Positions 22,510 through 32,261 of a stretch of 32,375 nucleotides of DNA are shown here, one piece after another (positions within the stretch are counted from its first letter, which is position 1; every line of letters starts with the position of its first letter). The notes beneath the pieces were generated by a model. The model saw only the letters and a program-made list of their open reading frames with translations. It was not told the DNA's origin and did not search any database. Made by a program: the position numbers and the translations under genes. Origin of the DNA: Dimargaris cristalligena (Eukaryota); NCBI GenBank assembly GCA_003614675.1, contig ML002424.1, positions 1 to 32,375 of the forward strand, read 5' to 3'.

Positions 22510-24310
22510 AGTTTTGAAACCCGACGGTGAGTGCAAATTCTCCCGCCCTGCTGGTTATTACGCTGGTGCAGTCAATGACCATGTGGGCCGTGACAATGTG
22601 AATATAGGAAGATAGACGGGTGATGCATTTATCCCCAGTTAGGTTTGCCCTGTCCAGGGGATTTTTTTCGTTATACCGCCCGAGTGAACCTCTCCCGTAT
22701 GCTCCCTACCGTCTGGGCCGAATCTGAGTAGCTATAGTTTAATAAGCATGTCACTCGTCCAGCGATAGTCGCATTCAACGATAATCCTAGAGACAGTCTT
22801 TTTCGATTACCGCAATCTAAACCAACCGATTATATTTTTAGTGGATAGTGGGCGCCACGAGGTCATGCAATTTGCTCATATTTTATCCAGTAGGGTGTGA
22901 AGTATACAGCCCTCCATTTCTTCAACCGGCGCCGCATCATTTTGCGGGCCGGAATTTGCATGACTCAGTGACAATTGATGGACCTAAACAACTCGTGGAC
23001 CATCTCCATGCTCCGCCTGTTGAGTCGATCAATCCCCTTCGGCCCGCTACACCGTCGACACCAATGTAGACTGTATGTACAAAAGTATAGCATCTCACTT
23101 CAATCTGAATTTAGGGACTTTATCGGATAGCATGTGGTGTTAATCATGGATTTCGCATCGGTCGAATTGATTACCATAGTTAATCATTACACAATCCCTC
23201 TGTTCAGCAGCTACTCCACGTGTTAGTCCCATTTGAGAAAACGACAACGTTTAGCCGGTGGGGGAAATAGACTGACACTCTCGAGTATAGCTTAAATAAG
23301 GGGAGAAATTTGTTGTAAAGTTGATTTGGGCCAAGGGATGGGGGTAGCTGAATACCAGCTTCCGATATTAAAGCCCTGTCTTCGCACCACCCGGTCCCTC
23401 CAACATCACCATCCCCTACCTAGGCCATCATATTATGTTTAGCCGTCCCCGATATTTTTGAGTTCTTTTTCGAACCCATCCATCATTTATATACTACGAT
23501 CAGCCTTTAATAACAGTTGGCCTAGAACTCCCGCATAGTGTTTTACGAGCCAATCATATTTCTACTTTAATTTTCTTCTGCCCCCACCTCCCCCTTGCGA
23601 CGCATTCTCCATGAAGGTCACCAGCGTATACGCCAAGGTTCTTTTCGTCGCCACGGCTTCCCTCCTCATAGCCACACGGGTGAGAGCCGCCCCAGCTTTA
23701 GCCAAATCCGAGCTGCCCCTTCCCGTAACCCAGCGGAGTGCGATGGCGACGCCCAAAGCACCCTCCTTGCTTACCCGTCGCTACCGCTCATTTTCCGCCC
23801 GATCCGCCCGTCACTGGGGCACCCGCCCCAATGCCCAGCAGCGAACCAAAAATATAGAAATTATTCCTAATTTAATAGTATTCCACGATTCTCGGAGTCA
23901 CTTTATCAGTGTAGGTAACGGATTTATGTGGAATGATCTGTAGTTCGGATGTATTTCACTGGGCCCTGAAATGAACCTGGCCCCCTCTTCTCCTTGAAAT
24001 GGAACTTTGAAAGCGGTAAAAGCCCTACCTTAATGATTTAATGACTACTCGTTACTATATTAGTATACGATCTTAACTATTGATTTTTGTAGTTCACAAC
24101 TGCTATTAATAAACAGTTATTATTGGTAATTTCTTTACCTGGAGGCTTATATTCGAGGCACAGGTCTATATTGCTGTCTAGATAATGGGCTGGTTTAAAG
24201 AGTTCGGAATAATTATTACATCTAGTATAGTAATCGAAAGTAGTGTGTACATTTTTTAACACCAGTCCCGAATTCTGGTGCGCTTCGAATGGTAGGTTGT
24301 AATAACTACT
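22510..24310 (+). repeat. Copy B of the duplicated peptide-gene block; has ~517 extra bases (22928-23444) relative to copy A
   Basis: Colinear with 6410-7580 on both sides of the extra segment. Confidence 0.88.
23611..23943 (+). CDS. Small secreted prepropeptide, paralog B (signal peptide, pro-region, LTRR site, 53-aa Arg-rich mature peptide)
   Basis: MKVTSVYAKVLFVATASLLIATRVRA|APALAKSELPLPV...LLTRR aligns without gaps to paralog A through LTRR. TATA-like TTTATATA at ~23486. Confidence 0.72.
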   Translation: MKVTSVYAKVLFVATASLLIATRVRAAPALAKSELPLPVTQRSAMATPKAPSLLTRRYRSFSARSARHWGTRPNAQQRTKNIEIIPNLIVFHDSRSHFISVGNGFMWNDL

Positions 24311-25061
24311 GACCATCAGCCACGTATAATAATGGCCTACAAACATACAGACCATTTCACTGGATTAGCTCTAATCGGACTGAGTTAAGCACTACTGCTC
24401 ATCTATTTTGATAGTCATATAAAACGGAGGGAGCATTGAGTGACTAAGTCCCGGGAAGTTGAAAGAGTTATTTTTAAGGGAACTGCACTCCCCAACCGCA
24501 TACCTGTGCTATGACAGTCTCTTGGGCTGGCAAAAGCACGGCGTCGCCAGGAGACTCAATATAAACCCCAGATTACCATCTCCAATAACCTCTACGGAAA
24601 TAGAGGACGGCTCCACCAGCCTAGACCAACAATCTACCTTAGGCACTTAATGCCAGAGTTCCCAAGAACTTTCTCTAGAATGCAGGTGAGTGGAGGATGG
24701 GAGTTGTTGCATCCACAGTCATGGTAGGGCCTGATCCAGGTCACCATAGCAGCTCAACCCCATTGGAGTCTACCAGCATAACCAGGACTATGGCCCCGGT
24801 CACTATGCCTGAGAGCCAGTGTGTTTTACAGCCACCATTGACCCGACTATGGACTCCTTGATAAAACCTCCACCTCCCCTTTTCAGTATAATGGTCTATT
24901 AGTATATACATTATTCCCAAAGGTTCAATGAAGTTACTTCTGGCCCTTATAATGCCTTTGGATGTCAGTTATCAGTCTTATAAAGGTATACTAATAATAC
25001 ACCCTAATCCCTCAGTTTACTAGTACTCATAATACGACTATTAAGATCTACACTTTAAGTC

Positions 25062-25670
25062 TGTCACCTTAGTTGACTAATTTTAGTCTATTAAGAGTCC
25101 TAAGGATAGGCTTCTAATAGTAGGTACGGCTTAGGCTTAGTTAAACAGTTCACTAGTATCAGGTACAGGGTATAGTACTAAATAATAAAGGTTTAATAGT
25201 AAGTATAGTTAAGGGACATACAGTGGGCACACTTACTAGTTAGTATAAGGGGAGTGAGTATATATAGAGTTTATTGGGTAAACTAAGGGGTAAGAATAAA
25301 CTAAGGACTCTAACCGGTCCCAATGGGGCCCAGTTATATATATGGGGACAACTCCAGAGGGAGGTCCCAAGGGAATGATACCACTAAGATTAAGGTATAG
25401 ATAAATAAACCAACTCGATAGTCACTAGTATCCAGAAGACTCTGAAGGTAACTAGAAGAGTCTTCAGATTAGTACTGGAGTGATTAGTGCAAAGAGGTGG
25501 AGTCCAAAAGGGGAAGGATTATATAATAAATGATGATCCCATAGTACCAGGAGTGACCATGGGAAGGTTAATAGGATGCTATAAGGCCTAATAGGGATGG
25601 ACACTACAGGTGCCTGGATTAAGGAGGATTAGATAGTCCAACAGTGAATTAGAAGGGCCAAAATTACTAA
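25062..25670 (+). repeat. Left inverted-repeat arm
   Basis: For example AAGGATAGGCTTCTAAT, CTCCAGAGGGAGGTC, GTGACCATGGGAAGGTTAATA and TGCTATAAGGCCTAATA each occur reverse-complemented in 27285-27878. Confidence 0.92.
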
Positions 25671-25918
25671 ATGAGAGTTAGTAATAGATTTTAATTCAAA
25701 CAGTGTATATTTATTGAGAAATATGGTTTATGAAAATTATTAAGTAAAACACTATACATTTTCAAAAGGTCCTGCCTGAGTTCCAGTAAGACCAGGAAAA
25801 AAATGTATATTTGTGAGACTGCTCAAAGTTAGTTGTCATTGCTGACAGAACCGTCAGTCTGCTTATTTTCATTTCCTCCACTTATATACTCAGTTATCAT
25901 TGTTTTTGCCTTCTTTAG

Positions 25919-27259
25919 TCACTCCTCTAGTGCCTCCTTTGGCTGGCTTAGGTACATTGGGTTTTTTGATTTAGTCATTAATATTACCAAGTGATAGCCA
26001 AACAACTTTCCCCAAATATTTTCCTTTTTTGCCATGCCCTTGCAGTCATAGCCCTTGCCCAGGGTAAAGAAATCGGTGAAGTGTGTTTCAGTAGTTTCAT
26101 CATAACCCAAGGTATAAATGAGCAAAGGACTGGCCAGCCTCTTATAATACCATTGGAAAAAAATGCTGAGGGGATTACTAATTTGATAAGTCTTTTTTAG
26201 GGTGGATAGAGCTCTTAATCCACTAATTTTACATTTATATAATGGTAATGCAATTTTAAGTTTTTCAAATGATATTAGGTTATAGTCTGAACCTCCATTC
26301 AGAGTTTTGAATGTATCAATAGAGCAACTATGGTCGATACTAATCAGCCCTTGATCTATTTCCCCTCCCAACACACCCAATGATTCTTGTATCTCAGGAA
26401 AGGCCATTTGGGAAAGATGCTTGCATAGTTTCATTGATATGTCCACAGGCATTGCACCTGATTTCTCAAATACCCCAATAATTTGCTTTGCCTTGTTAGG
26501 TTTCCCATTACTGGCAGTCCATATGCTGTCTGAATTTAATTTTATGGCACCAGCTGCAAAGTAATCCATAAATTCAATGGTGGTATGTTTGGGGTTTGAG
26601 GGTAGGCTATTATCACCTAGCACATTAGTTGGTTGTTTTGTTAGAGATGTGTCAGCCATTTCTACATCCAATTTAATTAACCCATTGTCAGTAGATCGGC
26701 CATTTTTCATATACATTGTGGAGTCATCACTAAGCTGATGACTGGTGGTATCTGCATGCTTATGGAACTCACATACAGAAGGGTACCCTGCGCTTTCCAT
26801 CTGCATTGGTAGCATATTGGTATTCCCTGGATGACCAGCTGGCTGTGGCAAATGAGTTCCCGCAAACTGCTGACTTGACCCTACAAGTAAATCACTGCAA
26901 TTCACATGGGGCCCAGGGTTGGGGGGAGATTATTGTTGACTAATACCATTACTAGGATCTGATGCAAACCAGAAGGACTTGGGAAACCCAGGCAGTATTT
27001 CCTTTATTTCAGAGATGCAAATATCTGTGATAGGCTGGTTAAAGAATGACAATGGAGTAGGTCTCCCATTTGTAGGACTTAGTGGTGGTAACAGGTCCCT
27101 GTCATTGGACTGTAAAGGTAAGGCATTGAAATTGTCAATCATAAGCAATCCTTTGACAGCATCATTTAACAATAGTTTATCTGGTATATTGTCAGCAGGA
27201 GCAGGCTGTACATAACCTTGGCATACTACCAGCAACAAGATGAATGTGTGATAAGCCAT
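25919..27259 (-). pseudogene. Secreted protein pseudogene (about 446 codons or more); ORFs 26930-27259 and 25919-26905 are one frame split by a TAA
   Basis: Signal-peptide-like MAYHTFILLLVVCQGYVQP. 27259-26905=354 nt, so the ORFs share a frame. The sequence reads CAA CAA TAA TCT CCC across 26932-26930. Past TGA 25921-25919 the frame continues LKKAKTMITEYISGG. Confidence 0.75.
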
Positions 27260-27284
27260 CTGATCAGCTGTTTAAATCTTTAGT

Positions 27285-27878
27285 TTTAAGGATATCAGCC
27301 CTTCTAATCTACCTTAATCTGGACACCAGGCTATCTACCCTTATTAGGCCTTATAGCACCATATTAACCTTCCCATGGTCACCCCCAGTACTATGGGATC
27401 ACCCTATATCATATAACCCTTCCCCTTCCAGACTCCGGCTCTTCACATAAATCACTTAACTGGCTGATCTAAAGACTCTTCCGGTTACCATGAGAGTCTT
27501 CCAGATACTAGTAGCCATTCAGTTAGCCTATTTTTACTATATACCTTAGTTACCTGTAGTCTTCCCTTGTGACCTCCCTCTGGAGCTGTCCCCACATATA
27601 TATAACTGGGTCCCTTGGGACCAGTTAGATTCCTTAGCTTTATACTTACCCCCCTAGTTTACCCCAATAAATACTATATATGCTCACCCCCTTGTACTGA
27701 CCTGTAAGTGTACCTGATGCATGTCCCTTGTATAACTGATCACCTAAGCCTTTACTGGTTAGTACTATACCCCATACCTGATGCTAGTAGCCCACTTGGC
27801 TGAGTCTAAGCCCTACCTACCATTAGAAGCCTATCCTTGGAACTCTTGATAGACTAATTATGGTAAACCCAGGTGACA
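27285..27878 (-). repeat. Right inverted-repeat arm; ends ~25-35 nt upstream of the cargo ATG
   Basis: Reverse complement of 25062-25670; about 82% identical in a 99-nt stretch I aligned by hand. Confidence 0.92.
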
Positions 27879-28840
27879 AAGGACAAGACAAGTAAAATAG
27901 AGGAATAGCATACTATGTTTTTAACATATGGTATCTGATGAGTTTCCCGAAACTGTGACTCAAACCATCAACTTGTACATAGATAGGGTGAATTATATAT
28001 TATTGCTTACTTCTAATATTGCTACTCTCAAAGGTTGGGGGTGTGGAAGAGCTGCTGATAAATATGAAATAGCCTAGTGAGTGGAATAGTGGAGGCAGAA
28101 CATGCCTGTTTTATAGCACTGTGCTTCAACCACTCTACCTCTATGCTCCCAACAGACCTGCCTTTGGTTTCCATTTAAATGCAATACATTGGTGCTACAG
28201 GATAATATATATCGGATATCTGGGGATGAATGGCGTAGAGTACAATGGAAATATTGAGTGTCCCACACATACTTCATTAATTACATATAGCCCAGCCACC
28301 TTAGTCTCGGGGCATTCCATTGGAGACCATTCCAATGACTTGATGGAAAATAGCTAACCAATTAAATATATCCCCGCGTATCACACGTAGCTGAGATTTC
28401 TTGGAGGCATTTGATATAATATTGTAGTAAAATTACGATGACTAACCGTTCAAATCCCAAACCGGAACCTATATGGACAGGTTTCCTATGAATAATGCTC
28501 CAAAAAGTATCATAGCAACTAGGTGCTAAATAGGGTGGAGATATTGGGATAAACAGGAATGATGTATGCTGTGGAATAGACTGACTGTATTCTGGTGGGA
28601 TATTAGTTCATTGGGACAGTATTGAAAGGCCAACATGTGGGTAGTAAGCAGCAGCCTTGGTGACTATTCGTTGGTATCCGGAAGACTCCTCAGACCAATG
28701 CTGATAATATAGGGGCTGATTCCTCTGGTTTCGGTTATACTTATTGTATATCACAGTGGTACGAAGTGTTACCATGGAAATGGTAAAGCGCCATGAGTGG
28801 GACTTATACAGAAGGCCAGCCAAGAGTGGTCTCGATTATA

Positions 28841-29330
28841 TTGGGTCGGATTATCCCGTGTGACATCCGGGATGGTAGTACTGTGTCAATGATTTGGAAT
28901 CAATGTATATCCGAATATATACCTGTGTTAAAGTAAAAAGACAATGGTAACCCATTATTAGCCCCCCCCCCCGATATTGTATACCAGGATCGGTTCCCGT
29001 AAATACTATACTTGTAATTTAAATACTTGAAAAGCCCTGTTGCGACGCAAATCCTAGACGAAAACCAGCATAACTATTTTCCCGAGCGGCATCAGTATCT
29101 GGTACTTCGTTAAGTTCTACACATTGGTCTACTATCGCAGCTTTGCAAGACACTCCCGCTACTTCTTCCTTATTTCGTTTGGTATGAACTATGAATTAGA
29201 TTATTTCACGTGGTGCTTCTCTGAAATACTATCAGTTTATATAATTTGCGTGTATTTATATATAGCATCCCTTCGAACGCTGTCTAACATGCCTCCTGGA
29301 TAACAGCTGCTTGGAAGAAATCCGCCAACT
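28841..29330 (+). repeat. Diverged copy of 21618-22375
   Basis: See partner entry; similarity is patchy but colinear. Confidence 0.55.
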
Positions 29331-30383
29331 CCAGCGCACACACTGGTCTCATCCTATAGATAGCGGGGTCACTGGTGCATCACCAAATGTACGACTTTCT
29401 ACCTTCACCATAACCGAAGCGGGAAGGTCTGTGTACCTTACAGACGGGTTTGGCCCAATGCGCCCAGTGGCGTTGGGGATGTGAATTCTAAATGCAGATA
29501 TATTTTCAACTGCGAAAAAGACAACAAAGCGATACTACATATAGCAACAATAGAATCCGATTAGACACTGGTTTGTGTATCATTGGGGCTGTTGTCCAAG
29601 TCGGTGCCTTCCCCCAAATCGAAACAGTCGGTGGTTTATACTAAAGGGTAAATGCACTTCTACCATTAGGGGTAGCACCCCGTTATCTAGCAGAGCAGTG
29701 TCGTTGGTCTTAATATCACCCTTGAGAAAAGATCCAGTGGAGGAACGCGTTTTCATCGCTTACATATCCCTACTATTACTAATGTCGGGATTCATTATCT
29801 ACTATAGGCAGTTAAGGCCCACTTCCCACGCACCACTGGCTACCATTTCTTTGTTTCTGACGGTTTAATTCCTTTTGTCGTATTGTGTATTCTAATGACA
29901 ATATTGCCCGTCTCCACTGAGAGCATAGTGCGATTGCTGAATACTGACATATTTCGATAGGATTGAATTATTTCGTTAATGTTTCCAGTTAGAACCTTGA
30001 AGCAGTCCGGCACACTACTCAGGCTGGAGTAGGACGCAGACGCTAATTACTACCAATATTTACCTCTAAAATGATTATACACCGCTTTCAAGACGGTGTG
30101 TACTCACCTCCCTTCGACACCCCCCCCCCCGACTACACTATAGATACCTCTTAACTACATCCTACGCCATTTAAACCCCCCTGTAATTATAATACACTCC
30201 CGCCCATTTATTAAAAATCTCAGTGTGATATATATTTGGAGATGCTGGGAACGTAACTGGGCTCTGCAACAGTAATTTAATCTTTGATTCCATAGGCAAA
30301 GCATCCTTTTATCACTCGCGTGGAGCATATTGGTGGAAGTGGGTCCACATTTCCTGGCTTTGAAAGAAGCTAAATGACGATCA

Positions 30384-30390
30384 TATAAAA
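30384..30390 (+). promoter_or_regulatory. TATA box upstream of the NmrA-like pseudogene
   Basis: TATAAAA ~160 nt before ATG 30546, followed by a CT-rich leader and CAAACACCATCATGG start context. Confidence 0.5.
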
Positions 30391-30545
30391 GCCTGCCCCT
30401 ACCTTCCTCAATGGATTCTGCAGTCCAACTTGAGTCATTGTCGCATTATCTTGGCACACCCCATTCCCTCTGACACTTCTAATCCCAACCCTGCTTCTTT
30501 AACAACTTCTCTCTTTCGCATCCTACTTGTTCCACAAACACCATC

Positions 30546-31511
30546 ATGGCCTGCCTCCGCTCCAACATAATCACCCTATGTGTCACCTCATGTGACCAGT
30601 GGATCGGCTCCAGCTTCTGTTACGGGCTATAGCACGGCAAGGCCCGCGACTGCATCGAAAAAATATACTGTGGTGTGACCGACAAGCACCGCGAGTGGGC
30701 CAAGATGCTCCGCAAGGAGGACCGCGTGCACTTGTTCACATACTTCAAGGGCCACATGGACGACATGGGCAAGTACTTCAAGGAGGCTGACACTATGGAC
30801 CTGGTGCCTGTCTATCAGCACTTCTCCCAGTCCAGCGAACAGCACGTCCCCAAACTGTGGAAGTGCTTCCTGGAGTGCGCCAAGGAAGTCCAGGCGCGGT
30901 GTCTAATCATGCTGTCGGTACTTAATATCGACAAGGCCGAGAGACCTGGCCTCAAAATGGTCTACAACATGGAGAAGTTGTTCAAGGAGTGCATCAAGGA
31001 AGGCGACCATGACCCTGCACCGTGGTCACCAGATGCACGGCCTGGTCCTCCGGATGGCCCTGCCCATGGAGCATTTATACTTCTTCCAGGACCATATTCA
31101 GGGTGAGGGACAGATTCCCTACTGATTAAGGACCACAAGTTTGTCCCTATGATCATGTTCGACCTGGCTACTGGGTACATGCTCTTTATGAGTAAGTACC
31201 TGAAGAGGCAAGGCGACCACCATACTTCTGATTTTCCCGCCGTTGACGAGTACCAGGACTGGATGTCGGAGAGCAAAGCCCACATCATTTGCGTAACAGG
31301 CCCTGAGAAGGTGATCGGTAAATGTATCGCTGAGGTGGCCAGTAGTGCCCTGGGCACCAAGTTCGAGTTCAAGTGCATTTCCATGGACGAGCTCGAGCAT
31401 TACCTCGATGAACACAGCTACTTGGATGAGGAGGAGATCGAGTGTATGCTCAATATCTTCGCGCACATCAATAAGGGCTACATGAATGAGGTAACCAAGG
31501 ACCTCGAGTAG
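30546..31511 (+). pseudogene. NmrA-like / atypical SDR NAD(P)-binding Rossmann-fold pseudogene
   Basis: MACLRSNIITLCVTSCDQWIGSSFCYGL* (TAG 30630-30632) continues in frame KIYCGVTDK...CFLECAKEVQARCLIMLSVLNID...MEKLFKE. The +1 frame gives LVLRMALPMEHLYFFQDHIQGEGQIP. The original frame then resumes with KFVPMIMFDLA...VTGPEKVIGKCIAEVASSALG...VTKDLE, matching NmrA-family motif order. Confidence 0.75.
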
Positions 31512-32261
31512 ATGCTAGGTCACAAGCCCGCTACTATAAAACAATTCTTCCAGCACAATGAGAAGGATTTCAAGCCCCAGGACTAATCCTCCACTGTGCT
31601 TTAGCCATTTATGACGTGTTCCGCGCCCTTCACTAAACCATGGACAGTTTTCACTTTAAATGAACAACCCTACACTTTATATCGCTTTATTACATTTGTC
31701 GTTGACTTGCAGCTTCTCGATTGTCCCATCTTAGCTTTGCACTCTCTCCTGCCATTTACCCGGCGATTTCAGCGTCTCAATAATAAATAATCTAGGTCAA
31801 AAGAAGATCCCCGCCCGCTCTTCTAATGTGGTGGATTAATGCTGGAAACAGTTGGAAATGGCCTAGCTCTTTCGCTTAGAGATACGATAGTACTCGGGAG
31901 GCAAATTAAGGAAAAAGAGGCACCTTGGTCGTAATTGTCCTATCCTTACAATTGAAATATATATTACCACCCTGTTCAAGGTTTGGTGAATTCAATTTGA
32001 GCAACTAGCTGACTCCCTATGCTTTCGGGGGCTTAGCAAAGTTAGGTCCATAGTCAAGTATCTATAGTTATGTTCTATTTTACTGGACCAGATCTTTATT
32101 ATTGTCGCCTTATATAATGCTATACATATTACCTTTGTTCGATCACCACGAAAATAGTATATAGCAAAGTCCCGCTGCGGGGTGGGTTAGTATTATGTTA
32201 GTTTATGGTGAGAATATATGGTGAATTTTGATCGTTAGATTGTCCTATCGAGTCTTTAATA

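Larger units (their letters stand above)
25062..27878. mobile_element. 2.8 kb non-autonomous element bounded by ~600 bp terminal inverted repeats with TGTCAC...GTGACA ends, carrying a secreted-protein pseudogene
   Basis: Arms are reverse complements starting TGTCACCT (25062) and ending AGGTGACA (27878); similarity stops outside these termini. No transposase ORF and no clean target-site duplication (AAGTC left vs AAGGA right). Confidence 0.75.

Noticed and set aside
24459-24870. Possible decayed coding remnant (likewise 1680-1980, 9260-9560, 11410-11760)
   Set aside because: Multiple stops and no recognisable protein motif in the frames I read.
25053-27887. Mutator-type 9-bp target-site duplication for the TIR element
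   Set aside because: Flanks CTTTAAGTC and AAGGACAAG do not match, and TGT ends are not MULE-like.
28608-28823. Minus-strand ORF with KAAAYYP, faintly like an adenylation-domain KAGAAYVP motif
   Set aside because: Too short and no other A-domain motifs; cannot be supported without a profile search.
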